From NCBI GenBank assembly GCA_046731355.1, contig JBKPKZ010000090.1, positions 6,806-70,805 of the forward strand: a stretch of 64,000 bases of DNA, given 5' to 3'. Position numbers and translations under genes: made by a program. Each line of letters opens with the position of its first letter. The stretch's first letter is position 1. Below, piece by piece: positions 10,008 through 19,977 of the stretch. The DNA comes from Pseudomonadota bacterium (GTDB lineage Bacteria; Pseudomonadota; Alphaproteobacteria; Sphingomonadales; Sphingomonadaceae). The notes below the pieces were generated by a model. The model did not search any database. It worked only from the letters and a program-made list of their open reading frames with translations, and was not told where the DNA came from.

Positions 10008-10916
10008 GTGGCGACCCTCGGCATGAGCGAAGCGGAACGCGAAGCGGTCGAACGCCTTCAGCGCGACGTCATCGAACCCTCGATGACCAGCCTGGTCATC
10101 CTCGACTTCTGGGCGGAGTGGTGCGGACCCTGCAAGCAGCTGTCGCCGATGCTCGACAAGATCGCCGCCGACTATGCCGACAAGGGCGTCAAGCTGGTCA
10201 AGATCGACGTCGACCAGGAAAAGGTCATCGCCGCGCAATTCCAGATCCAGTCGATCCCGACCGTCTACGCCTTTTTCAAGGGCCAGCCGGTCGCCGACAT
10301 CACCAATTACCGCACCGAGGGGCAGCTCAAGCGGATCGTCGACCAGCTGATCACCCAGCTTGGAGTGAAAGGCGAAGCCCATCAGCAGCAGGCCGAGATC
10401 GAGCCTTTGATCGCGATGGGCGAAGGCGTGCTGGCCGAGGGCGATGCGCCGCGCGCGGTGTCCATCTTTCGGCAAATTCACGAGATGGCGCCTGACAATC
10501 CGGCGGTCATCGGCGGGCTTGCGAGGGCGCTCCTGGCTTCGGGACAGGCGGATGAGGCTCAGGCCGTCGTCGAGGCCGCGTCCGGAGAAGCCGCGAATCA
10601 TTCGGACGTCAGTCGTGCCAGGGCTGCGCTCGAGCTTACTCAGGCGGCACCGGATACCGATACCTCGGAGTTGGAATCGCGGATCGCGTCGAACCCCGAT
10701 GACCTGGAGGCCCGCTTCGAGTTCGCAGGTGCGAAAATGGCTTCCGGTGACCGCGATTCAGCAGCCGATGCCCTTCTCGAAATCATTGGGCGCGACAAGG
10801 AGTGGAACGAAGGCGCGGCCCGCGCTCGCCTGCTCCAGCTGATCGAAGCGCAGGGCCTCGAAGACCCATGGGCGCGCTCACAGAGGCGGCGGCTTTCCGC
10901 CGTCCTTTTCACATGA
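10008..10916 (+). CDS. cnoX: Thioredoxin-TPR chaperedoxin (YbbN/CnoX)
   Basis: DFWAEWCGPC intact CxxC, IQSIPTV, helical TPR C-terminus ending RRRLSAVLFT. Confidence 0.92.
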   Translation: MATLGMSEAEREAVERLQRDVIEPSMTSLVILDFWAEWCGPCKQLSPMLDKIAADYADKGVKLVKIDVDQEKVIAAQFQIQSIPTVYAFFKGQPVADITNYRTEGQLKRIVDQLITQLGVKGEAHQQQAEIEPLIAMGEGVLAEGDAPRAVSIFRQIHEMAPDNPAVIGGLARALLASGQADEAQAVVEAASGEAANHSDVSRARAALELTQAAPDTDTSELESRIASNPDDLEARFEFAGAKMASGDRDSAADALLEIIGRDKEWNEGAARARLLQLIEAQGLEDPWARSQRRRLSAVLFT

Positions 10917-11548
10917 GCGGCAAACGGCCGCTCCGGCTGCCCATCTTTCCCTTGCCCGGAGCGATCCTCTTTCCGCGATCGCAACTTCCGCTTCACATCT
11001 TCGAGCATCGCTATCGCGAAATGGTCCGCGACGTACTCGAAGGTCCGGGCCGGATCGGAATGATCCAGCCTCATGCGCCCGAGGACGAAGGGGCGCCGCT
11101 CTATCCGGTCGGCTGCGTCGGTGAGATCGTCGGCGTCGAGGAACTGGACGATGGGCGGTACAACATCATCCTCCTCGGCTGGAACCGCTTCCGCTTGATC
11201 GCCGAAGCCGACATGGAAACTTCGTACCGGAACGCGGACGTGGACGCGGGAGTGTTCAACGACGAGGAACCACCGCCGCTGTCGCTCACCTTGCGAGCGG
11301 AGGTTGAGCGCGAAGCCCGAAGGCTGGGCGATGCCATGCGGCTGACCGTGGACTGGCAGGCGGTCCGCCGGCTCGACGACGAGATGCTGGTCAACGCCAT
11401 CGCCCAGGTCGCGCCGTTCGACGTCGGGGCCAAGCAAGCCTTGCTTGAAGCGGCGACCCTCGACGATCGCGCGGACCTCTTGGTCCAATTGATGCAGTTT
11501 CAACGCGCCGCGGTCAGTGGCGCCGAAATCCAGCCGACTCTCCAGTAG
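10913..11548 (+). CDS. LON peptidase substrate-binding domain protein
   Basis: LPIFPLPGAILFP...LPLHIFEHRYREMV; ATG at 10913 overlaps the cnoX stop; no AAA or protease domain. Confidence 0.9.
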   Translation: MSGKRPLRLPIFPLPGAILFPRSQLPLHIFEHRYREMVRDVLEGPGRIGMIQPHAPEDEGAPLYPVGCVGEIVGVEELDDGRYNIILLGWNRFRLIAEADMETSYRNADVDAGVFNDEEPPPLSLTLRAEVEREARRLGDAMRLTVDWQAVRRLDDEMLVNAIAQVAPFDVGAKQALLEAATLDDRADLLVQLMQFQRAAVSGAEIQPTLQ

Positions 11549-12763
11549 CTAGATCGGAAGTCCGCGAAGAAGCAGCGGAAGTTCGCCGCTGGTACCCCGC
11601 GCTTCGCTCATCAAGCGATTCTTGATCGGGCTCAGCCGGTCAATCATCCCCATTCCGAAGCGGCGGACCGCAGACGCGGTCTTGCCCGGTATTCCATAGA
11701 CCCGCGTCAGGCTGTCCGTCGCGAACGCAACAGAAAGCGCATCGAGCGAGCGCCAGCGCTGATAGCGGTCGAGCAACTGCTTGTTGCCGAGGTCGAGGCC
11801 GAGCCGGGCGCCTTCGACAAGCACTTGGGCAAGCGCCGCGGCATCGCGAAAGCCGAGGTTGAGACCTTGGCCGGCAATTGGGTGGATCGCGTGGGCGGAG
11901 TCTCCAACCAGCGCCAGTCGTTCGTCCGTCATTCGCGCGGAATGATGAAAGCCGAGCGGGTAGGTCGATCGTGGTGCGGCCAGCTCGATCTTCCCGAGAA
12001 ACCCGCCCATCGCCGCCTGCGCCTCGGCGGCAAACTGCTCGTCGGTCAGCGACATCCAGCCGTCGGCGTCTTCTTTGGGCACCGACCAGACGATGGCAGA
12101 GCGGTGGCCGTTCTGATCGTCGGTCATCGGGAGGAGCGCGAACGGGCCGGTCGGATAGAAGATCTCGTAGGCAATGTTGGCGTGCGGAAGCTCGTGCCGG
12201 AGCGTCGAGACGACCGCCATGTGATCGTATTTCCAGCGCGCCATCGGAATTCCCGCGGCTTCGCGCATCGGCGAATTGCGGCCGTCGACGGCGGCAAGAA
12301 CGGGGGCGCTCAGCTTGCGGCCGTCTTCCAATGAAACGACGACGCCGTGTGTTCCCCGCTCGACCGACCGCGGCTTAGACTTCCACATCAGCCAGAGGTT
12401 CCGGCCCATTTCGGCCCGCGCCTGAAGCGCCGCCCGCAAGTGGCGATTCTCGTGCATGACTCCGAGCGGCTCGTCGTCGTCCGGCTCGAAAGCCAGGCCG
12501 CCAGGGTTCAGTCCATCCGCTACCTGGATCGTCCGGATCGGGCAGCCAGGCTCGGGGAAGTGATCGGCAACCCCGATAGCCTCGAGCATCCGCATCGAGC
12601 TCGAGGAGACCGCGCTTGTGCGGCCGTCGAACCGCAGCGTCGCTCGTCCCTCGGGGTCGGCGGGGTCGATCAGGATTGCGGATAGACCACTCGAATCGAG
12701 CGCGGACGCGAATGCGAGGCCTATTAGGCCGCCTCCCAGGATCAGAACGTCTGCGCGGTCCAT
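11549..12763 (-). CDS. UbiH/UbiF/COQ6 family FAD-dependent hydroxylase
   Basis: DVLILGGGLIG, AVDGRNS, LVGDSAHAIHPIAGQGLNLGFRD. Start MDRADV at 12763. Confidence 0.93.
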   Translation of the reverse strand: MDRADVLILGGGLIGLAFASALDSSGLSAILIDPADPEGRATLRFDGRTSAVSSSSMRMLEAIGVADHFPEPGCPIRTIQVADGLNPGGLAFEPDDDEPLGVMHENRHLRAALQARAEMGRNLWLMWKSKPRSVERGTHGVVVSLEDGRKLSAPVLAAVDGRNSPMREAAGIPMARWKYDHMAVVSTLRHELPHANIAYEIFYPTGPFALLPMTDDQNGHRSAIVWSVPKEDADGWMSLTDEQFAAEAQAAMGGFLGKIELAAPRSTYPLGFHHSARMTDERLALVGDSAHAIHPIAGQGLNLGFRDAAALAQVLVEGARLGLDLGNKQLLDRYQRWRSLDALSVAFATDSLTRVYGIPGKTASAVRRFGMGMIDRLSPIKNRLMSEARGTSGELPLLLRGLPI

Positions 12764-12866
12764 CGGGATGCGCACTAACCTTCCGTCGCATCGACGCCAA
12801 GGCATCGCTTGACCCGGGAGTCCGCGAAGATGCATTCTGCACAAGGATTTGGGTGGGGATTGATCA

Positions 12867-15200
12867 ATGGCGACCGCGGCGGTGCGGGTCCAGAAACGGG
12901 AGCTTGAGCCCCATTGGCGCGACACGCTGCGCGCGTCGGTGAAGCGGCTTATCCTGCGTACGTGGGGGGCGCTGCTGTTCGGTCTGTCGGTCGCGACCGC
13001 GCTCGCTCTCGCGACGCACAACACCACCGATCCCTCGTTCAGCACCGCCGCGGGCGGACCGCCGTCGAATTGGATCGGCAGCTTTGGCGCCTATGCCAGC
13101 GACGCCCTCCTGCTTCTGTTCGGTATGGGCTCTGTCCTGTTCATCCCGGTGATCGCGCTTGCCGGACTTCGCATGATGAGGCTGGAGCCAACGGGAAGAA
13201 TCGGCCGGGCGTTATTGGTATCGGGGCTTGGAGCGATTCTCATTGGCGTTGCACTCAGCCTCACCAGCGCATCCGCCGTTTCCGGCCTTCCGGGCGGCTG
13301 GGGCGGAGCGATCGGCCTCGGCGCGGCCTACGGCGTCGATTCGGCGATCGACCTCATCCAGAACCAGGCAATTGCCGGTCCGGTCCGGCTCGTCGCGCTC
13401 GTGCTCTTCGCCTTCGCCGGGCTGGTGCTGGGTTACCTGGCGCTTGGCCTCCAGGCGACCGAGCGGGCCTTTGTTACCGGCCTGTTCCGCCGCGATGCGC
13501 GGCCGAAAGTGGTCGCTCCGCGCCGCACGACGGAACTTTCGGAAGATCGTCCGTCAAGTGCCGCTCCACCCAAGTCGCGGCCTGCCGTGTCCGTCGCCGA
13601 ACCGCCGAAGCCAGTCCTAGCCGCCGGCCAGTTGCGGGGGAGCAGGCGGCCGTCCGCGGCCGCCCAGCAGAGCCTGGCCCTTGGCGACAATTACCAGCTT
13701 CCGACGCTCGACCTGCTTGCCGCGGCTCCGGAGAAGGGCAGCTCCAAGATCGACCGCGCCGGCCTCGAACGGAACGCGCGCCTGCTGGAAAGCGTGCTCG
13801 AGGACTTCCACGTCCGCGGTGACATCGTTGAGGTTCGCCCCGGACCGGTCGTCACCATGTACGAGCTGGAGCCGGCGAGCGGGATAAAGGCAAGCCGGGT
13901 CATTCAGCTCGCGGACGATATCGCGCGCAACATGTCGGCACTGTCCGCCCGAGTCGCGACCATCCCTGGCCGAAGCGTCATCGGCATCGAGCTTCCAAAC
14001 TCGAAGCGCGAGAGCGTCAGTCTTTCCGAGCTGATCGGCAGCCAGGCCTTCGAAGATCAGAACATGTCGCTGCCGCTGATCCTCGGCAAGAATATCGCGG
14101 GCGACCCGGTCATCGCTGATCTCGCGCCCATGCCGCACCTGCTGGTTGCGGGCACCACCGGCTCCGGCAAGTCGGTCGGTCTCAACTGCATGATCCTGTC
14201 CCTCCTCTACCGTATGTCTCCGGAAGAGTGCCGTTTGATCATGATCGACCCGAAGATGCTGGAGCTGAGCATCTACGACGACATTCCTCATTTGCTCGCG
14301 CCGGTCGTCACCGAGCCCGGCAAGGCGATCCGCGCGCTCAAGTGGACGGTCGAGCAGATGGAAGAGCGCTATCGCATGATGGCCAACCTCGGTGTTCGTG
14401 CACTGCCGAGCTTCAACCAGAAGGTCCGCGACGCGAAGGCCAAGGGCTCCAAACTCGGGCGTCGGGTACAGACCGGCTACGACGCCAGCAGCGGCCAGCC
14501 GCTCTACGAGGTCGAAGAGCTCGAATATGACGTCCTTCCCCAGATCGTGGTGGTGGTCGACGAACTCGCGGACCTGATGATGACGGCCGGCAAGGAGGTC
14601 GAGTTCCTGATCCAGCGCCTCGCCCAGAAGGCGCGCGCGGCCGGAATTCACCTGATCATGGCGACCCAGCGGCCGTCGGTCGACGTCATCACCGGCGTCA
14701 TCAAGGCGAACCTGCCGACCCGCATAAGCTTCCAGGTCACAAGCAAGATCGATAGCCGCACCATTCTCGGCGAGCAGGGCGCGGAACAGCTGCTTGGCAA
14801 GGGCGACATGCTCTACATGCCAGGCGGCAAGCAGATCATCCGAGTCCATGGCCCGTTCGTCAGCGACGAAGAGGTCCGCTCGGTTGCCGAGCATTGGCGG
14901 AGGCAAGGTGTGCCCGACTATATTCAGGCGGTCACCGAGGAGCCCGAGGACGGCGGCTATTTGTTCGACGGGCAGCCGAGCGGCGAAGACGATGCGGAGA
15001 CGCAGCTTTTCCGCAAGGCCGTCCAGATCGTCGCCGAAAGCCAGAAGGCTTCGACCTCCTATCTCCAGCGTCAGCTTCGCGTCGGCTACAACAGCGCGGC
15101 AAGGCTCATCGAGCGGATGGAGAAGGAAGGGCTGGTCGGCCAGCCGGACCATGTCGGACGCCGGGAAGTGCTGATCGACCCTGACGGGCACCCGATCTAA
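12867..15200 (+). CDS. ftsK: DNA translocase FtsK
   Basis: N-terminal TM domain, GTTGSGKS Walker A, VDELADLMM Walker B, ATQRPS, gamma domain LQRQLRVGYNSAARLIE. Confidence 0.98.
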   Translation: MATAAVRVQKRELEPHWRDTLRASVKRLILRTWGALLFGLSVATALALATHNTTDPSFSTAAGGPPSNWIGSFGAYASDALLLLFGMGSVLFIPVIALAGLRMMRLEPTGRIGRALLVSGLGAILIGVALSLTSASAVSGLPGGWGGAIGLGAAYGVDSAIDLIQNQAIAGPVRLVALVLFAFAGLVLGYLALGLQATERAFVTGLFRRDARPKVVAPRRTTELSEDRPSSAAPPKSRPAVSVAEPPKPVLAAGQLRGSRRPSAAAQQSLALGDNYQLPTLDLLAAAPEKGSSKIDRAGLERNARLLESVLEDFHVRGDIVEVRPGPVVTMYELEPASGIKASRVIQLADDIARNMSALSARVATIPGRSVIGIELPNSKRESVSLSELIGSQAFEDQNMSLPLILGKNIAGDPVIADLAPMPHLLVAGTTGSGKSVGLNCMILSLLYRMSPEECRLIMIDPKMLELSIYDDIPHLLAPVVTEPGKAIRALKWTVEQMEERYRMMANLGVRALPSFNQKVRDAKAKGSKLGRRVQTGYDASSGQPLYEVEELEYDVLPQIVVVVDELADLMMTAGKEVEFLIQRLAQKARAAGIHLIMATQRPSVDVITGVIKANLPTRISFQVTSKIDSRTILGEQGAEQLLGKGDMLYMPGGKQIIRVHGPFVSDEEVRSVAEHWRRQGVPDYIQAVTEEPEDGGYLFDGQPSGEDDAETQLFRKAVQIVAESQKASTSYLQRQLRVGYNSAARLIERMEKEGLVGQPDHVGRREVLIDPDGHPI

Positions 15201-15294
15201 GGTCTTGCCAACCTGAACGACCGGGAACCGGCGGGTTCAGTCCGCATTCAATGGCGGATTGCCAAACGGCCCGTAAATTCCCAGGAGTTTGAAG

Positions 15295-15906
15295 ATGAGC
15301 TTTCCGACTACACTCGCGCGCGCCCTTGCGCCCGTCGCGATCGTCGCTTTGGCAGCCTCTGCCCAGGCGCAGACGGGCGACATCGAAAAAGTCCGGACGC
15401 ACCTCGCTGCCGTTCAGTCGATGACCGCCAATTTCGTCCAGACGGACTCGAGAAACCATGTCGTCCGCGGCACGCTGCAGTTGAAGCGCCCCGGCCGGAT
15501 CCGCTTCCAATACGAAGGCAACGACCTCCTCCTCGTCGGCAACGGCAGCAAGCTGACCTTCGTCGATTATGAGGTCGGCCAGAAGAACAGCTGGGACCTG
15601 AACAAGACGCCGCTCGGGATCCTTCTGTCGGCCAACCCGGACATCAACCGCATCGCCAAGATCGTTCCCCAGAAGGACGACCGCCTCCTCCTGGTCCGCG
15701 CCCGCGATGCCCGCCGTCCGGAGTTCGGCACTCTGTTGCTGGCCTTTGTCCGGACGCCGTCGGCGCCGGGCGGGCTGTTGCTCGAAGGTTGGACCGCCGT
15801 CGACGCGCAGAACAAGAAGACGACCATCAAGCTCGACAACCAGCGCTACAACGTGGCCGTCCCCGAGAGCGCTTTCACCTTTGCGGAACCCAAAAAGCGC
15901 AAGTGA
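15295..15906 (+). CDS. lolA: Outer-membrane lipoprotein carrier LolA
   Basis: Signal peptide, MTANFVQ, LKRPGRIRFQY, TPLGILL; follows ftsK; CAGGAG RBS 7 nt before the ATG at 15295. Confidence 0.9.
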   Translation: MSFPTTLARALAPVAIVALAASAQAQTGDIEKVRTHLAAVQSMTANFVQTDSRNHVVRGTLQLKRPGRIRFQYEGNDLLLVGNGSKLTFVDYEVGQKNSWDLNKTPLGILLSANPDINRIAKIVPQKDDRLLLVRARDARRPEFGTLLLAFVRTPSAPGGLLLEGWTAVDAQNKKTTIKLDNQRYNVAVPESAFTFAEPKKRK

Positions 15907-15924
15907 CAAAAAACGTAGCGATCT

Positions 15925-15950
15925 GAAACTATTCATCGCGGCGACAGGTT
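15925..15950 (+). promoter_or_regulatory. EcfG/SigT-like promoter candidate upstream of the putative sRNA
   Basis: GAAAC-N17-GGTT on +; the overlapping minus strand reads GGAAC-N17-AGTT (15952-15927). Confidence 0.4.
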
Positions 15951-15956
15951 CCATTT

Positions 15957-16090
15957 GATAAACGAGACACCGATCCGGCGGATTTAGCCTGGGGTTTCCC
16001 CCTGTTACCCACGGCCTTCGCTTGATCCCTTGCGTGACGAACGCTTGGTCGGCCCTCGCTCCATGCCCCCGGAGCGGGGGCCTTTCCTTT
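15957..16090 (+). ncRNA. Putative small RNA (or xth leader) with C-rich loops
   Basis: 217-bp lolA-xth gap with consecutive hairpins carrying UUCCCCC, UCCC and GCCCCC loops, ending in a 12-bp stem plus U-rich tail. The 5' end is inferred from the promoter candidate. Confidence 0.5.
16051..16090 (+). terminator. Intrinsic terminator-like hairpin
   Basis: GGCCCTCGCTCC-ATGCCCCC-GGAGCGGGGGCC (12 bp, one G-U) followed by TTTCCTTT. Confidence 0.65.
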
Positions 16091-16123
16091 GCGTGAAATG
16101 CAGAACGGGCTAAGCGCAGCGAC

Positions 16124-16918
16124 GTGTCCAAGACCATCAAGATCGCCTCCTGGAACGTGAACTCGGTCCGCGCCCGCCTCGGCATCGTCGAGCGCCTGTT
16201 GCGCGAGGAACAGCCGGACGTTCTGTGCCTTCAGGAAACGAAGGTCACCGACGACATCTTCCCCGCCGACCTGTTCAAGAAGAAGGGCTATGTGCACCGG
16301 GTCCTCAAGGGCCAGAAGATGCACCACGGCGTCGCGATTTTGAGCCGCGTCGAGCTTCGCGATTCGGGAAGTCACGATTGGCAGGACAACGGCGAAGCGC
16401 GCCACATCGGCGTTCGCCTCCCGTGCGGCCTGCGGCTCGAAAACGTCTACGTCCCCGCCGGCGGCGATATTCCCGACCGCACCGTCAATCCGAAGTTCGG
16501 TCAGAAGCTCGACTTCATCGAGCGAATGACGCGCTGGTCCGAGGGACTGAGGGAGCCAACCCTGATTGTGGGCGACTTCAACGTCGCGCCCCTGGAATGC
16601 GATGTCTGGAGCCACAAGGCCCTGCTCGATGTGGTCAGCCACACGCCGATCGAGGTCGATGCGCTCGCCCGACTCCAGCAAGCGCATGACTGGGTCGACA
16701 TCGGGCGCCGGTTCGTCCCAGCGCCCGAGCGCAACTTCACCTGGTGGAGCTACCGCTCGCCCGACTGGACCAAGAACGATCGTGGCCGCCGCCTCGACCA
16801 CATGTGGGTGTCGCCGGATGCGTCGGAGAGGGTGGTTACGCACCGCGTTCTCGAGCCCTGCCGTAGCTGGGAGCGCCCATCGGACCACGTGCCTCTGATC
16901 TGCGAGATCGCTGTTTGA
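16124..16918 (+). CDS. xth: Exodeoxyribonuclease III / AP endonuclease
   Basis: SWNVNSV, LCLQETK, NVYVPAG, GDFNVAP, FTWWSYR, RRLDH, SDHVP. Confidence 0.97.
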   Translation: MSKTIKIASWNVNSVRARLGIVERLLREEQPDVLCLQETKVTDDIFPADLFKKKGYVHRVLKGQKMHHGVAILSRVELRDSGSHDWQDNGEARHIGVRLPCGLRLENVYVPAGGDIPDRTVNPKFGQKLDFIERMTRWSEGLREPTLIVGDFNVAPLECDVWSHKALLDVVSHTPIEVDALARLQQAHDWVDIGRRFVPAPERNFTWWSYRSPDWTKNDRGRRLDHMWVSPDASERVVTHRVLEPCRSWERPSDHVPLICEIAV

Positions 16919-17973
16919 GCCGCCCCGGCCTGGTCGAACGGGCCATTGCCGCGCTGCGGACCGGCCGCGCGGTCACGATCGAAAGTGCCAATCCATTCTC
17001 GTTCGTCTCGATTGAGACGGCAACTCCTGAAATGCTCCGGCTTCTCGACCCCGAGGCCAAGGCGCCCCTTCTGCTGAGCGGACGGCGCGCCGCGGCCTTG
17101 TCGCTTGCCAACGAGCGCGATGCCGCCGACCCGGCCAAGCCTGTCCTCGTCGCACGCGAAGCCTGGCTCGACGGTGACGCCGCACTGACCCTTGCCGACC
17201 CGGCGCAGGATTTCGCGCGTGCGCCGATCGGACCGCTTCACCCGTTGCATCTTGATGCACCCGATGTTGCCGGCGCCGCGCTTGGACTTGCGCGCGCGGC
17301 CGGACTCCTGCCGGCCCTGTGGATCGTCGATTCAGCTGACGGCGCCTCACCCATTCCGCTCGAACTTCTCGCCGACCAGGAGCTGCGTCCCGATGTAACG
17401 CTCGTATCCCGAGCCAAGCTGCCTCTCGATCACATGCCCGACACTCAGATTTTCGCGTTCCGGGGCTCGGACGACGGCCAGGACCATGTCGCTTTGCTCG
17501 TTGGAGCGTTTGGCGGAAAGCCGGCTCTCCTCCGCCTGCATAGCGAGTGCCTGACCGGGGACGTGTTCGGCTCGCTCAAGTGCGATTGCGGACCGCAGCT
17601 CAAGGAAGCGCTTCGCCTCATCGGCGAAGCTGGCGGCGGTGTCCTGCTCTACCTTCGGCAGGAAGGCCGGGGAATTGGGCTCGCCAACAAGCTCCGCGCA
17701 TATGCATTACAGGATCGCGGTCTGGACACGGTCGATGCGAATTTGCGTCTCGGCTTCGCGGACGATGAGCGGGACTACGCTCACGCAGCGGCGATCCTTC
17801 GCAAGCTCGGGATCGAGGAAGTCCGGCTGCTCACCAACAATCCCAACAAGGTGGCCGCGCTCGAGGCGGAAGGAATCAAGGTCGTGGAACGTGTTGCGCA
17901 CCACATGCCCGCCAACCCGCACAATGCCGATTATCTAGCAGTCAAACGAGGAAAGAGCGGGCACCTGCCCTAG
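16915..17973 (+). CDS. ribA: GTP cyclohydrolase II with degenerate RibB-like N-terminal domain
   Basis: RLHSECLTGDVFGSLKCDCGPQL, YLRQEGRGIGL, LLTNNPNK. The N-terminus resembles DHBP synthase but lacks the DDEDRENEGD motif. Confidence 0.93.
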   Translation: MSRPGLVERAIAALRTGRAVTIESANPFSFVSIETATPEMLRLLDPEAKAPLLLSGRRAAALSLANERDAADPAKPVLVAREAWLDGDAALTLADPAQDFARAPIGPLHPLHLDAPDVAGAALGLARAAGLLPALWIVDSADGASPIPLELLADQELRPDVTLVSRAKLPLDHMPDTQIFAFRGSDDGQDHVALLVGAFGGKPALLRLHSECLTGDVFGSLKCDCGPQLKEALRLIGEAGGGVLLYLRQEGRGIGLANKLRAYALQDRGLDTVDANLRLGFADDERDYAHAAAILRKLGIEEVRLLTNNPNKVAALEAEGIKVVERVAHHMPANPHNADYLAVKRGKSGHLP

Positions 17974-19394
17974 CCCACAAGTCCGGTCGCGACCGCTAAG
18001 CCGAGGAACAATAGGAAGCCCATCGAATCCGTCATCATCGTGACGAAGATCGAAGAGCCGACCGCGGGATCGACTCCGAACCGTTCAAGCGTGAGCGGAA
18101 CCAGCGAACCGACCGTACCTGCAACGAGGATGTTGGCGCACATCGCCACAGCAATAACAGCGCCGAGCAACGGATTGTGGAACACCAGCGCCACTCCAAC
18201 GCCCAGGATCAATGCAACGGTGCCGCCATTGAGCAGGGCCACGCGCATTTCGCGCCCAACCGCGCGCCACCGGTTGGAGCCGGTCAGCTGATTGGTCGCA
18301 AGGGCGCGGACCGTGACCGCCAGTGTCTGCGTGCCGGCATTGCCGCCGACTCCCGCAACGATCGGCATCAGCGCGGCGAGGATGACCAGCTGCGCGATCG
18401 CGCCCTCGAACAGGCTGATGATCGTCGATGCGACAAGCGCCGTTCCGAGGTTTGTGATCAGCCAGCGGACACGGCTCTTGTAGCTTTCGATCACCGGCTC
18501 GTTGATGTCGCCTTCATCGCCTGCGCCGGAGAGGAGGAGCACGTCCTCGCCCGCTTCTTCCTGGATGATGTGCACGATGTCGTCGACGGTGATCATTCCG
18601 ACCAATCGGCCGTCGTCGTCCACGACTGCCGCCGAAACGAGCGCATATTTCTGGAAGCGGAGCGCGACGTCTTCCTGGTCCATGTCGACCGGGATCAGGG
18701 TTTGCTCCTTCGTCATGATGTCGCCGACAAGCGTCGTTCGAGGCTTCCGAAGGATTGTCGACAGCTTGCAGGTGCCAACCGGGTGGTGGTCGGGATTGAC
18801 GACGAAAACCTCCCAGAAATCGTCCGGAAGATCGCTTTCGGAGCGGAGGTAATCGATGACCTGGCCGACTTTCCAGTGCGCAGGAACGGCGCACAGGTCG
18901 CGCTGCATCAGGCGGCCGGCGGATTCTTCCGGGTAGCTCAGGGCCTCCACGACCGCTGCGCGATCGTCGGGCTCCATCTTCTCGAGGACGGCCTGCTGGT
19001 CTTCTTCGTCGAGATCCTCGATCAGGGCTACGGCGTCGTCCGTCTCCATCTGGCCCGCGAGGTCGGCGACCTGCTGCGGCTCCATCTCGTCGATCAAGTC
19101 CTCGCGGACGTAGTCGTTGAGCTCCGCGAGCACCTCCGGGCTGATGATCCCGGCGAGCGCCTTGACCAGCCCTTCGCGCTCGTCGCGGCGGGCAAGCTCG
19201 ATCAGGTCGGCGACGTCGGCGGGGTGAAGCGGCTTGACCAACTCGCGGGCGGTCTCGTCATCGCCGAGTTCGACGGCGTCCAGGACTTCGTCGACGAACT
19301 CAGGACGAAGCCGAGACTCCTCGTCCATCACCCGGTCATCGTGATAATCGAGATCCTCAGGGGCCGCGGTGGCGAAGTTCTCGCTCTCGCTCAT
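17970..19394 (-). CDS. mgtE: Magnesium transporter MgtE
   Basis: Acidic N-domain, CBS pair, GRLVGMITVDD, MPIVAGVGGNAGTQ, DPAVGS...TMMTDSMG. Confidence 0.96.
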   Translation of the reverse strand: MSESENFATAAPEDLDYHDDRVMDEESRLRPEFVDEVLDAVELGDDETARELVKPLHPADVADLIELARRDEREGLVKALAGIISPEVLAELNDYVREDLIDEMEPQQVADLAGQMETDDAVALIEDLDEEDQQAVLEKMEPDDRAAVVEALSYPEESAGRLMQRDLCAVPAHWKVGQVIDYLRSESDLPDDFWEVFVVNPDHHPVGTCKLSTILRKPRTTLVGDIMTKEQTLIPVDMDQEDVALRFQKYALVSAAVVDDDGRLVGMITVDDIVHIIQEEAGEDVLLLSGAGDEGDINEPVIESYKSRVRWLITNLGTALVASTIISLFEGAIAQLVILAALMPIVAGVGGNAGTQTLAVTVRALATNQLTGSNRWRAVGREMRVALLNGGTVALILGVGVALVFHNPLLGAVIAVAMCANILVAGTVGSLVPLTLERFGVDPAVGSSIFVTMMTDSMGFLLFLGLAVATGLVG

Positions 19395-19509
19395 GCCTTG
19401 AACCCCCAGCCTTGTCCCGTGGCGCCGTCCTATTGCCGCGCCCGCACTGGCGCAACCCGCTTGGGCCGCCTAAATCGCCGCCACTTCCTATTTTTGCTGG
19501 AGCTTTACG

Positions 19510-19974
19510 ATGGCCGACGACGAACGCCTTGTTTTCCACCTTTCGAGCGGCGGCGACGTCGTGATCAAGCTACGGCCCGACCTCGCGCCCGGCCACGTCG
19601 AGAGGATCAAGGAGCTGACCAAAAGCGGCTTTTACGACGGCGTTCCGTTCCACCGCGTTATTCCGGGCTTCATGGCCCAGGGCGGCGATCCGACCGGGCG
19701 CGGTACCGGCGGTTCCGATCTTCCGAACCTCAAGGCTGAATTCTCGGATGCTCCGCACACTCGCGGTGTTTGCTCGATGGCCCGAACCCCCGACCCGAAC
19801 AGCGCCAACAGCCAGTTCTTCATCTGCTTCGACGACGCTCGCTTCCTCGACAAGCAATATACTGTCTGGGGCGAAGTCGAGAGTGGCATGGAGCATGTCG
19901 ACGCGCTTCCCAAGGGCGAGCCGCCGTCGGAACCGGGCAAGATCGTGAAGGCCGAGATCAGGCCGGCGAACTGA
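19510..19974 (+). CDS. Cyclophilin-type peptidyl-prolyl isomerase
   Basis: FYDGVPFHRVIPGFMAQGGDP, SMAR, SANSQFFIC, YTVWG. Confidence 0.96.
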   Translation: MADDERLVFHLSSGGDVVIKLRPDLAPGHVERIKELTKSGFYDGVPFHRVIPGFMAQGGDPTGRGTGGSDLPNLKAEFSDAPHTRGVCSMARTPDPNSANSQFFICFDDARFLDKQYTVWGEVESGMEHVDALPKGEPPSEPGKIVKAEIRPAN

Positions 19975-19977
19975 AGC

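Noticed and set aside
11549-13045. Upstream ORF-track extensions (hydroxylase to 13045, cfa to 51300, GtrB-like to 47761, zinc finger from 31877, TIGR02186 from 25017)
   Set aside because: They overlap neighbouring real genes and precede the recognisable N-termini; downstream starts were used.
13617-15191. Long antisense ORFs (also 18177-19739, 29473-31128, 35693-37387, 4917-6689)
   Set aside because: Shadow frames opposite or overlapping well-supported genes in GC-rich DNA; no recognisable motifs.
15215-15248. LexA box or EcfG promoter upstream of lolA
   Set aside because: GAAC-N6-GAAC has the wrong spacing for the alphaproteobacterial GAAC-N7-GAAC box; GGAAC-N16-CATT has a weak -10. The CTGAAC...GTTCAG repeat could be an ftsK terminator but has no U tract.
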